A stretch of DNA of 64,000 nt from Guillardia theta CCMP2712 (lineage: Eukaryota; Protista; Cryptophyta), in contig NW_005434517.1 in assembly GCF_000315625.1 (NCBI RefSeq), positions 58,785-122,784 on the forward strand, read 5' to 3'. Below, one piece after another: positions 53,793 through 63,596 of this stretch. The notes beneath the pieces are model-generated. The model ran no database searches and was not told where the DNA came from. It worked only from the letters and a program-made list of their open reading frames with translations. A program made the translations under genes and the position numbers. Each line of letters begins with the position of its first letter. Position 1 is the stretch's first letter.

Positions 53793-54779
53793 TTATACTT
53801 TTACAGAGCATGCATTGCTCATCGTTGTTTCAAGGGGTCGATGAAATGTTAGAGTACACGAGACTGGGTAATGGTCGCTTAGCAAGTCAGTTTCACTGTC
53901 TCGCACGGGAGCTGCTTTACTGGCATGCAGAGTTTTGCTCGAAAGGATCGAGTTGACAAGGATGTAGTCAAGTCTCATCTTGGCAGCGTGCATGTCATCC
54001 GTGTAAATTCTTGTTGGAACAGTCGCCTGCTCAGAGCAATCGCTCTCCTCCCCTGCTCCCACTCCCAGGTACATGTCGGTGAAGCTGGACTCCAGCAGTT
54101 CGATAGGTCGATAGTCGAGAAACTCTGTGCCATTGGCAACACGGAGGAACTTCCTTGCGAGACGCTGGTCGCCTCTAAATCGTTGGACAAGCTCTCCATG
54201 ATGCTGGGCGTCTCGAGGAGAAAGAGAGTTTAGATCTCCTAGCAGAACTAGAGGGACTCCGTCCTCAGAGAGCCCCCGAGCGATGCGGATGATCTCTTCA
54301 CATTCTTTCAAGCGCGTCAAGCTATCTCTTGGCGACAGGTGACAAACCAGAAAATGAATGCCTTCAACTTCGACATGAAGCAAGCCATGATGAAATGGTT
54401 CTTCGGTAATCATGGATACGACCCGGATAGGCTTCTGTGATAAAAATCCAATATGATAACCTGTTCTACATGGCATCAAAACATGGTGAATGTTTCGACA
54501 GTGTCCAAGGAAGTGATTGAGTCGCCATTCTGTATCCCATCCATTGCACTCATTCATCGCTACCACGCCAAGATCAATGCTGTTGTTGTCTGTGCTGAAA
54601 CAATTTTGCACCATCCATGAAGCAAGGCGCTCGAGTCTTTCCTTATCACCTCCTCCCTCAAAGATGTTGTAGGTTGTCACCTTCATGACATGTCCCTTTA
54701 CACACTGCTGATCAATTTGACTCCCTTGAACTTCACCAAGACCAAGAAGACTTGCCACTAGCATGATCAACCCGAACAT
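53793..54779 (-). CDS. Endonuclease/exonuclease/phosphatase (EEP) family protein with signal peptide, single exon
   Basis: VTTYNI, MNECN, VCHLSP, LLGDLN, RLDYILV and SDHYPV; hydrophobic N-terminus from ATG 54779. Confidence 0.9.
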   Translation of the reverse strand: MFGLIMLVASLLGLGEVQGSQIDQQCVKGHVMKVTTYNIFEGGGDKERLERLASWMVQNCFSTDNNSIDLGVVAMNECNGWDTEWRLNHFLGHCRNIHHVLMPCRTGYHIGFLSQKPIRVVSMITEEPFHHGLLHVEVEGIHFLVCHLSPRDSLTRLKECEEIIRIARGLSEDGVPLVLLGDLNSLSPRDAQHHGELVQRFRGDQRLARKFLRVANGTEFLDYRPIELLESSFTDMYLGVGAGEESDCSEQATVPTRIYTDDMHAAKMRLDYILVNSILSSKTLHASKAAPVRDSETDLLSDHYPVSCTLTFHRPLETTMSNACSVKV

Positions 54780-55469
54780 CTGAATCAGGTTATTGACGAG
54801 CAAACAAACCCTCGTCAAACAAAAAGGAGGACGAGGGTCTAGTATCGGTATCCCTATGGCCGCCTATATAAACCCTGGGATTGGGGGCGCCGCAGCGGTA
54901 TATGAAAATCCAGGATCGTCGATTAGCGCTTTTGATTACCGGTACTTTTGAGTGCGTATATACGGGTACTTGTCCTCGCACAGAAGCACCCTTTTACCCC
55001 GATTATCATTAAGTGAATAGGGGGTGGGGTATTTGAATTGGCATGGGCGGCAACCTTCAAGGCCACCCCACTCCCCTCGAAACTTTTAAAAGACGACATG
55101 TTTTAAAAGGCTGCGAAAACGTTTTAGAAAGATACGAATAATCATAAAACAGATATAAATTGGAAACACAGTAGAAAAGACTTAGAAATTCAATATAAAT
55201 GTTGGAAAGTATTTTGTAAATGATTCAAATTCATTGTGTACCGTGTTTCTTGGTTTGGTACAAGAATGAAGCCACCGGGTCCTTTTCTGCTAGTGCTTTG
55301 ACAAATAAGGGGTAGGGTAGTCCCCCCTGTTCCCCTGATCCCACCCCACCCATCCCTATTTCAGAGATTTGAATTTTTCCCAGAGGCCAGTTGCCACGGC
55401 ACTGATTGAGAGACATGTCTCTAAGATCTGGAAATTTACCAAATAATTTCAACATTGAAACATTGATTA

Positions 55470-56600
55470 ACCATGTCAGGACCAAATATATCAAATCCGT
55501 CATCCCCACCTTTGCATGGAAGTTCGTGCAGACGTCGCAAACCAACCACCCTGGATGATGAATTTTGCTCACCTGGGAGTTTCTGTCAAGACGAGAGGGC
55601 TTCCTCTATAAACAAGGAAAATGGCAGGGACAACCTAATGTCAATGCTTGCCTGAAGGCCATAGGTTTGAAAAGAGATCATTTGTCCAATTCAAATCTTT
55701 GTAACACCTGGGATGCAGGTAGATCTCCTGAGTTGTTGCTTCGAATCTTACTAGAGTCTGAGGAGCAGAGAGGTTTTAGTCATCATGTGGATGAAGCCAT
55801 ACGCGAAGCGATTATTTCCCCTGACTCCGATGAACCAAACCCGGCTTGTTACCGTACGATTCTAACAAAGATCCAAAAGTGAAAATAGCGATTCTGAAGA
55901 AGATCCAGGGTGACACTGATGAGGAGATGTGGTCACGAAGAAGGTAGATCGGCAATTTGCATCACACAAGGCCAATTTTCGAGTGAAATGGGGACATTTT
56001 GCTGATCTATTACACCGCCAGAGTGAGGATGACTCTGCTGGGGGAGAGGAAGCGGCCGAGGGGCCGCGAAAGCAGAACTTCCGAAGTGCAAAACTTCGAA
56101 ATACGATAGCCTTACGTTCTTCTTTAAAAAATGAACTTGCCACGAATAAGGAGCTTCATAACTTCCTGAAACCTGTGGTCAGACAAATGATGGCTACCCC
56201 ACGGGAAGCAGCAGTTGCCCTCACAGCAAAGGTATAACGAAATCGCAGTACCAAGGATTCTGTCGTGCAAACGATAGCATGGCTGGCTGCTTTGTTCCTT
56301 TGCCAAAAATATCACAGGTAAGAGTGGATGGTGGGACTCATGGTCTCGGCCTTCAAGGCTTCAACTTGTCGAAGAGTGGATTGATATCTTCAACCTTCAC
56401 GGGAAACACAACGCCTTGTTGTCACGATCAATGGAGGCTATGACTGTGCAACAATGACATTATCAACTGGCAATCCTAAGAAGGCAACTGAAGTCACCAT
56501 TTCCATTTTGTTTCAGGAAAACATCGGAGAGAGGAAAGAAAACATGAGCCGTTGATGAAGTCGTCCCCAGAAACTTGCTGAGCATGGTGAGTTGGTTCAA
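55470..56600 (+). pseudogene. Possible decayed coding sequence
   Basis: Several protein-like plus-strand ORF fragments (55565-55882, 55929-56237) broken by stops; no family recognised. Confidence 0.3.
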
Positions 56601-57119
56601 TTTGGAACCGGGGCAAAGCAAGAGAATTACAAATGATTTGGTTCCTTGCGGACTTGCAGGGCTCCAAGACCACTGCTACCTTATATGGCTGCTCTGAGGA
56701 AGCCGTCTACCGCCGGGGGGACCCCTCCTCGCCTCCGTGCTCGCCTGTTCTGCCAGTATCGAGCACAAATGGGCTCAGCAGCTCTCCTCGTGGGTGCTCT
56801 GCGCTTAGTACGTCTCCTTCTCGTGAGGACGGCAGCGCGCTGCTGCTGCTCCGCGCCATCCCTCGGCGTTCCCTCCCTGGTCTTGCGAAGTTGGTTTTAT
56901 TAGCGAATAGGGCAGCCGCGCAAAGCTGGCGTTCCCTCCCTGGTCTTGCGAACTGAGTTGGTTAGCGTAGGTAGGGTAGCTACGCCGCGCAAAACTGCCT
57001 TTTTGGTCTTTCTAGTCTTTTGGCTGAGGCGGATGCTTTCTTGCTATGCCTACTTTTTTTTGCGTGCTCCTGCCTACCCTTCCATTGAGTAAATTCTAAA
57101 TCTGAAAAAATCTGCCGCC

Positions 57120-58029
57120 ATGCTATTGCGAGGCATGCTGTTGCGAGGCAGGTCGCTGGTACGAGTGCTCACGCTGACCCAGTATCGTCATAAGGTACAA
57201 GACTTCTCACATGTACGCTCCTGCCAAGAGCGGGCCTGCGCATCAGGCTCTGCTACCTCAACCACCTCCCCTCCCTTTGATGTTTCCGATCGCTTCTCAA
57301 GCTTTCTCGCTACGGCGAAGAAGTTGCTGGGGGATAATAGTCTAGACGAGAGGGCGTATTTTCTAGCGAACCATCTGTTTGTGCTCGAGCTTCAGAAGGA
57401 TAACGAAAAGCGGGAGCTCGAGCTCAAGAAGGATAACGAGAAGCGGGAGCTCGAGCTCCGGAAGGAAAACGAGAAGGAGAATATAGAGGACTACTTCAAA
57501 TTCCATCTATCGTTCTTATCTCAGAGGTGTGTGGTGTGTTTTCTTGTTGCGCTGAAGAATGATCAACCAAACATGTGCCCACAGGTATTTGCTTGAGTTG
57601 CTGTTCCAGAGAGTGATGTGTCGCGTGGATGGGAAAGACCCAAAGATGATGACCTTGCTGAAAGAGGGTCTTTCTAACGCCGACCATGACAAACTTATGA
57701 GCGGCAAGTCGTTGTCTATGAGCAGCATCAGTAAGATGCTGCAGCGACCAGAAATCCGAGAGATGATGTGGGAACGGATCGGGCTACCAAAAGACCTTGA
57801 GATCCCTAACCTGACGGACGACTACCATTTTTACGGAAACCTTTCCGAGGTGGTTCATGGACCACAGGGATCGTTTGTGTACTTGAGCGATGACGCAAGC
57901 GAGGTGGAGACGAGGTTTTGGCAGGCGGTGTGTGACAAGTTTGGCAAGACCTTGGACATGTTCGATAGAAAGAAAGTAGAATCAGGCAAGAAGGTGCTGT
58001 ATGCAAAGCGTCATCCTGGCAAGATGTAA
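57120..58029 (+). CDS. Two-exon 283-aa protein with Arg/Leu-rich presequence, 11-aa coiled-coil repeats and a C-terminal Y-xx-LS-xx-VH motif
   Basis: Intron 57527-57584 (GT...CAG) joins ORFs 57120 and 57559 in frame (SQR|YLLELL); (ELxKDNEKREL) repeats; FYGNLSEVVHG. Confidence 0.75.
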
Positions 58030-58194
58030 CTTAACAACCCAAGTACCTACTTTGTCACTGTAGTAAACCTGGCTTGGTGTAAACGGGTATGCATTGGCAA
58101 AGAGCGAGCCTGCACCACAGGCTCTGGTACCTCATCCTCAATGCTTCGTAGAAAGCATGAACAAGTCACCAAGATGAAAATCAGCCGATCGTCG

Positions 58195-58570
58195 TCATTC
58201 GAGCCTTGGGTTTCTCAGCTGAAAAGCAATGAGAGCATCTCGGGCCCGAGCTTTGCAAAGTGCTGTCATGAATCTTTCTAATATCCTCACGTCCACCTTT
58301 TTGAGAGTATATGGCAGGACTCTTGTTGGAGTTGTTCCAAAGCTTTGAAATGTGACATGATTCTTCAAGATATCCAGTTTGCAAGAAACGTTTGGTACTT
58401 GCATGATTGCCTGGCATAACATCTCGAGGAAATCGTTCATGGTATCACAACCACTGACTCCATTTCACCAATTTTTTTGAGTCGCCAACTGCTGCAGTTT
58501 GGACGCGAACTTGCCTTGTCCAACCCGATCAAACAACTGCTGATATCGCAATCAACTCTCATAGTTAAAC
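58195..58570 (-). pseudogene. Decayed ORF fragment cut by the telomeric tract
   Basis: One frame reads NYES*LRYQQLFDRVGQGKFASKLQQLATQKNW*NGVSGCDTMNDFLEML... and runs up to the TTTAGGG junction. Confidence 0.35.
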
Positions 58571-58601
58571 GGGTTTAGGGTTTAGGGTTTAGGGTTTAGG
58601 G
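58571..58601 (+). repeat. Telomeric tract GGG(TTTAGGG)4
   Basis: Direct reading. Confidence 0.97.
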
Positions 58602-60988
58602 GTTATTTCAGGCACCATGGCGGTTATTTCAGGCACCATGGCTGCACGCGTGGTGTAGGGGAAGCCGCCAGGGCGCCAAGGAAGCTGCAAGCGAGAGGTT
58701 TGTATACTTCAAATAGCTTTCTAAGTATGGTTCTTCAGTATGATGAAAATGTTCGCAACCTGCTGTATCGGAGATCATGCCAATACACGCAGAGCGGACT
58801 TGTGGATGCCTCTGTCCTCGAAGCTGATCTCGTCGAGAGGGTGAAGAGCTTCGCGAAGCGTTATCCGAACAGCAGGACAGCCCAGGCTTGCAAGGCTGTG
58901 GAGGGATGCACCCCCGACGCTATCGCAGAAGCCATCCGCTCGACATGTCAGCAGGCACGACGTGAGTTTCTGCAAGAAGCGATGACTGGATGGAGTGACG
59001 CATCCAGAGAGTGGTTTATGCAGCAGATTGAAGAAGCCAAGAAGGAGAAGGTCGAGACATACACCGCCTCAGCAGGCAACGAGGTGACTTCCTTCATCTC
59101 CATGACTCTCCTGGGCATCTCCTCGGTGTATGTCAACCATGAAGAAAAGCTGAAGAAGAAATTTGAAGAGATCGGACTGATCGTAGACTCAGTGCAAGAG
59201 AGTAAAGCAATCATGTGGAAGGCTCCGTATAGACCCGAGATAGCGAGTGCTGAGGAGATCCCGGTGACTGTTTCCTTCCTTCGCAATGCACAAGCGGAGA
59301 AGCTCTGGCAGGGAAGAGAGGACTTCGCGATCGATGGTCGCAAGTTCACAGCTGTACATGTGAGCATCGTGCACGATCGATCTTTCAAGATTCGAGCCAA
59401 GAGAGGACCCTGGGGCAAAGGGGGCAGCTTGGCAGAGCTGACTCACCTGCTAACCTTGGGCGGCATGACAACGGCTGAGATAGCTGCCGTCTATCGCTAT
59501 CAGCTGCTGCGCCAGTCCCTTGCAGCGGTCCAACTCCAGCCGCTGGCAGGCATGCTGGTCGCTGGGGCGCCAGGACAGCAAGTCCACAAAGGCTTAGGTC
59601 AGAAAGGCTTCGTCGCTGTAGGGGCCAACGTCATCTGGAGACAGAGGGAGGTGGAGTGGATCGTCTCCTCGAGCTGCCCAGAGGCGAATGATACAGCATT
59701 TCGAGCTTTCCGAGAGAGCGAAGCGATGGAGGGAGTACACCTGACTCTGTTCAGCGAAGACCCGAAGATCAGAGAGGCGCTCGCAGTCGAGTTGACAGCT
59801 GATCGCTTTGTGTCCAGAAATAAGTTGAAGAAGGCATCAAGGATGCAGAAGAAGGCAGGCGGCAAGGACGGCAAGGAGATCAAGATCATCATCAAGTCGA
59901 CGGCGGCATCTGGTCGCTTCACGAGGAAGGAGATGGAGGGGCTGTGCAACGGCGGCAACACGTCTATCGCAAGAGTCAAGAGAGTCTTGTTGGAGATCGC
60001 TAACAGGCTCGAGATCAACGTTGAAGGCATCGACATGGAGGAGGATTTGAACACCAAGTCCTGGAACGGGTCCAAGCTATGCATCCTCCTCGGCTCCACG
60101 GAGGATGCTCGACGCATGATGAAGGAGCTGCCCTTCTATCTCGAAGGCGCAGCAACCAAGCTCGAAGCAGTCGGCTTCGACAAGGAGCCTGACTCTGAGG
60201 CGGCTGGTCAGCGGGGCACCAGCGACGCAGCGCAGCGACAGGAGGAGAGCGAGGGAGAGTGGCTGGAGTTTACAGACCTGGAGAGGATCACAATGGAGGC
60301 AGCATCTCCGTCAAGCCAAGAGGACATGCAGCTCGTCAGCGAGCTGTCAGCAGTCATCGAAGATGCAGCTTCTTTGAACGAGGCAGGGACGAGCGAGCCG
60401 ATCAAGCTGGTCCTGGACAAGGCCGTTGGCAACCTCCACGACACGTTCTACTCTCCGGGGAGCCTGGAGTTCATGGCGCTGGGAGAGTGGGCGAAGATGC
60501 CAGAGGAGCAGGGAGTTGGGCGCAACGTTCTCAAGGAGAAGCTGGGGAAGTGGCTGCAGAGCAAGCGCTGGACTCGCGTGCAAGGAGAGAGCAAGAAGGC
60601 AAGGAGGGGCAGCGCGTTCTCGCCACGGGCAACGGCAGCTGCTGAGCTTGAGCAGGAGGCGGAGAGCGACGACATAGAGCGTCGATCTCTTAGCCTCCTG
60701 TTCATAGCACTGAGTAAATTCGCAGAGATGCATGTGCTGGCCTGCTCGCTGAAGGTGGACAAGAAGGACCGACTGCGAGTGGAGATGAGGGAAGATGACG
60801 AAGAAGAGGAAGACATGGAGGAAGAGCAAGGCGAGGGCGAGGAAGAAGACGGGGCGAGCCCGTACCGAGCTTGAGCTGAGCCCAAGGTAAGGAGAGAAGG
60901 TAGGAGGCGACCGAAGGCCAAGGTGAGGAGAGGCAACTCTCCTGACTGAGGCTGAGGAAGCTGAATGGAGGACGAGTAGGTGGCGACC
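58601..60988 (+). mobile_element. Telomere-embedded element, copy 1 (right end truncated)
   Basis: Flanked by TTTAGGG on both sides; near-identical to copy 2; stops early in the second 76-bp repeat. Confidence 0.8.
58727..60874 (+). CDS. Element ORF (715 aa from first in-frame ATG): two RRM-like folds and acidic tail; ORF1/gag-like
   Basis: ISMTLLGIS-EEKLKKKFEEIG-LIVDSVQ-VTVSF-AQAEKLW-IDGRKFTAV and VEGIDMEEDLNTKSWNGSKLCILLGSTEDARRMMKEL-LEGAATKLEAV fit the beta-alpha-beta-beta-alpha-beta RRM pattern; no YxDD RT or APE/RLE/GIY-YIG motif seen. Confidence 0.75.
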   Translation: MVLQYDENVRNLLYRRSCQYTQSGLVDASVLEADLVERVKSFAKRYPNSRTAQACKAVEGCTPDAIAEAIRSTCQQARREFLQEAMTGWSDASREWFMQQIEEAKKEKVETYTASAGNEVTSFISMTLLGISSVYVNHEEKLKKKFEEIGLIVDSVQESKAIMWKAPYRPEIASAEEIPVTVSFLRNAQAEKLWQGREDFAIDGRKFTAVHVSIVHDRSFKIRAKRGPWGKGGSLAELTHLLTLGGMTTAEIAAVYRYQLLRQSLAAVQLQPLAGMLVAGAPGQQVHKGLGQKGFVAVGANVIWRQREVEWIVSSSCPEANDTAFRAFRESEAMEGVHLTLFSEDPKIREALAVELTADRFVSRNKLKKASRMQKKAGGKDGKEIKIIIKSTAASGRFTRKEMEGLCNGGNTSIARVKRVLLEIANRLEINVEGIDMEEDLNTKSWNGSKLCILLGSTEDARRMMKELPFYLEGAATKLEAVGFDKEPDSEAAGQRGTSDAAQRQEESEGEWLEFTDLERITMEAASPSSQEDMQLVSELSAVIEDAASLNEAGTSEPIKLVLDKAVGNLHDTFYSPGSLEFMALGEWAKMPEEQGVGRNVLKEKLGKWLQSKRWTRVQGESKKARRGSAFSPRATAAAELEQEAESDDIERRSLSLLFIALSKFAEMHVLACSLKVDKKDRLRVEMREDDEEEEDMEEEQGEGEEEDGASPYRA

Positions 60989-61056
60989 TAGGGTTTAGGG
61001 TTTAGGGTTTAGGGTTTAGGGTTTAGGGTTTAGGGTTTAGGGTTTAGGGTTTAGGG
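60989..61056 (+). repeat. Telomeric tract TAGGG(TTTAGGG)9 between element copies
   Basis: Direct reading. Confidence 0.97.
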
Positions 61057-61333
61057 TTCAGGCAGCGCCGGTTATTTCAGGCAGCGCCGGTTATTTCAGG
61101 CAGCGCCGGTTATTTCAGGCAGCGCCGGTTATTTCAGGCAGCGCCGGTTATTTCAGGCAGCGCCGGTTATTTCAGGCAGCGCCGGTTATTTCAGGCAGCG
61201 CCGGTTATTTCAGGCACCAGCGCCGGTTATTTCAGGCACCAGCGCCGGTTATTTCAGGCACCAGCGCCGGTTATTTCAGGCACCAGCGCCGGTTATTTCA
61301 GGCACCAGCGCCGGTTATTTCAGGCACCATGGC
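61057..61333 (+). repeat. Graded tandem array: partial + 7x GGTTATTTCAGGCAGCGCC (19 bp) + 5x GGTTATTTCAGGCACCAGCGCC (22 bp) + 1x GGTTATTTCAGGCACCATGGC (21 bp)
   Basis: Direct reading. Confidence 0.97.
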
Positions 61334-61417
61334 TGCACGCGTGGTGTAGGGGAAGCTGCCAGGGCGCCAAGGAAGCTGCAAGCGAGAGGTTTGTATACTT
61401 CAAATAGCTTTCTAAGT

Positions 61418-63565
61418 ATGGTTCTTCAGTATGATGAAAATGTTCGCAACCTGCTGTATCGGAGATCATGCCAATACACGCAGAGCGGACTTGTGGATGC
61501 CTCTGTCCTCGAAGCTGATCTCGTCGAGAGGGTGAAGAGCTTCGCGAAGCGTTATCCGAACAGCAGGACAGCCCAGGCTTGCAAGGCTGTGGAGGGATGC
61601 ACCCCCGACGCTATCGCAGAAGCCATCCGCTCGACATGTCAGCAGGCACGACGTGAGCTTCTGCAAGAAGCGATGACTGGATGGAGTGACGCATCCAGAG
61701 AGTGGTTTATGCAGCAGATTGAAGAAGCCAAGAAGGAGAAGGTCGAGACATACACCGCCTCAGCAGGCAACGAGGTGACTTCCTTCATCTCCATGACTCT
61801 CCTGGGCATCTCCTCGGTGTATGTCAACCATGAAGAAAAGCTGAAGAAGAAATTTGAAGAGATCGGACTGATCGTAGACTCAGTGCAAGAGAGTAAAGCA
61901 ATCATGTGGAAGGCTCCGTATAGACCCGAGATAGCGAGTGCTGAGGAGATCCCGGTGACTGTTTCCTTCCTCCGCAATGCACAAGCGGAGAAGCTCTGGC
62001 AGGGAAGAGAGGACTTCGCGATCGATGGTCGCAAGTTCACAGCTGTACATGTGAGCATCGTGCACGATCGATCTTTCAAGATTCGAGCCAAGAGAGGACC
62101 CTGGGGCAAAGGGGGCAGCTTGGCAGAGCTGACTCACCTGCTAACCTTGGGCGGCATGACAACGGCTGAGATAGCTGCCGTCTATCGCTATCAGCTGCTG
62201 CGCCAGTCCCTTGCAGCGGTCCAACTCCAGCCGCTGGCAGGCATGCTAGTCGCTGGGGCGCCAGGACAGCAAGTCCACAAAGGCTTAGGTCAGAAAGGCT
62301 TCATCGCTGTAGGGGCCAACGTCATCTGGAGACAGAGGGAGGTGGAGTGGATCGTCTCCTCGAGCTGCCCAGAGGCGAATGATACAGCATTTCGAGCTTT
62401 CCGAGAGAGCGAAGCGATGGAGGGAGTACACCTGACTCTGTTCAGCGAGGACCCGAAGATCAGAGAGGCGCTCGCAGTCGAGTTGACAGCTGATCGCTTT
62501 GTGTCCAGAAATAAGTTGAAGAAGGCATCAAGGATGCAGAAGAAGGCAGGCGGCAAGGACGGCAAGGAGATCAAGATCATCATCAAGTCGACGGCGGCAT
62601 CTGGTCGCTTCACGAGGAAGGAGATGGAGGGGCTGTGCAACGGCGGCAACACGTCTATCGCAAGAGTCAAGAGAGTCTTGTTGGAGATCGCTAACAGGCT
62701 CGAGATCAACGTTGAAGGCATCGACATGGAGGAGGATTTGAACACCAAGTCCTGGAACGGGTCCAAGCTATGCATCCTCCTCGGCTCCACGGAGGATGCT
62801 CGACGCATGATGAAGGAGCTGCCCTTCTATCTCGAAGGCGCAGCAACCAAGCTCGAAGCAGTCGGCTTCGACAAGGAGCCTGACTCTGAGGCGGCTGGTC
62901 AGCGGGGCACCAGCGACGCAGCGCAGCGACAGGAGGAGAGCGAGGGAGAGTGGCTGGAGTTTACAGACCTGGAGAGGATCACAATGGAGGCAGCATCTCC
63001 GTCAAGCCAAGAGGACATGCAGCTCGTCAGCGAGCTGTCAGCAGTCATCGAAGATGCAGCTTCTTTGAACGAGGCAGGGACGAGCGAGCCGATCAAGCTG
63101 GTCCTGGACAAGGCCGTTGGCAACCTCCACGACACCTTCTACTCTCCGGGGAGCCTGGAGTTCATGTCGCTGGGAGAGTGGGCGAAGATGCCAGAGGAGC
63201 AGGGAGTTGGGCGCAACGTTCTCAAGGAGAAGCTGGGGAAGTGGCTGCAGAGCAAGCGCTGGACTCGCGTGCAAGGAGAGAGCAAGAAGGCAAGGAGGGG
63301 CAGCGCGTTCTCGCCACGGGCAACGGCAGCTGCTGAGCTTGAGCAGGAGGCGGAGAGCGACGACATAGAGCGTCGATCTCTTAGCCTCCTGTTCATAGCA
63401 CTGAGTAAATTCGCAGAGATGCATGTGCTGGCCTGCTCGCTGAAGGTGGACAAGAAGGACCGACTGCGGGTGGAGATGAGGGAAGATGGCGAAGAAGAGG
63501 AAGACATGGAGGAAGAGCAAGGCGAGGGCGAGGAAGAAGACGGGGCGAGCCCGTACCGAGCTTGA
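61418..63565 (+). CDS. Element ORF, copy 2 (four amino-acid differences from copy 1)
   Basis: Offset 2691 bp from copy 1; F>L, V>I, A>S and D>G. Confidence 0.75.
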   Translation: MVLQYDENVRNLLYRRSCQYTQSGLVDASVLEADLVERVKSFAKRYPNSRTAQACKAVEGCTPDAIAEAIRSTCQQARRELLQEAMTGWSDASREWFMQQIEEAKKEKVETYTASAGNEVTSFISMTLLGISSVYVNHEEKLKKKFEEIGLIVDSVQESKAIMWKAPYRPEIASAEEIPVTVSFLRNAQAEKLWQGREDFAIDGRKFTAVHVSIVHDRSFKIRAKRGPWGKGGSLAELTHLLTLGGMTTAEIAAVYRYQLLRQSLAAVQLQPLAGMLVAGAPGQQVHKGLGQKGFIAVGANVIWRQREVEWIVSSSCPEANDTAFRAFRESEAMEGVHLTLFSEDPKIREALAVELTADRFVSRNKLKKASRMQKKAGGKDGKEIKIIIKSTAASGRFTRKEMEGLCNGGNTSIARVKRVLLEIANRLEINVEGIDMEEDLNTKSWNGSKLCILLGSTEDARRMMKELPFYLEGAATKLEAVGFDKEPDSEAAGQRGTSDAAQRQEESEGEWLEFTDLERITMEAASPSSQEDMQLVSELSAVIEDAASLNEAGTSEPIKLVLDKAVGNLHDTFYSPGSLEFMSLGEWAKMPEEQGVGRNVLKEKLGKWLQSKRWTRVQGESKKARRGSAFSPRATAAAELEQEAESDDIERRSLSLLFIALSKFAEMHVLACSLKVDKKDRLRVEMREDGEEEEDMEEEQGEGEEEDGASPYRA

Positions 63566-63596
63566 GCTGAGCCCAAGGTAAGGAGAGAAGGTAGGA

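Noticed and set aside
55520-55620. MT-A70-like PPW motif (NQPPW)
   Set aside because: It is not DPPW, has no downstream motifs, and the frame closes quickly.
61057-61333. CRISPR array
   Set aside because: The units are contiguous with no unique spacers, the context is eukaryotic and there are no cas genes.
58727-63565. Autonomous LINE or Penelope element
   Set aside because: No RT YxDD or endonuclease motif was seen in the ORF, and the minus-strand ORFs look like shadows of the main ORF.
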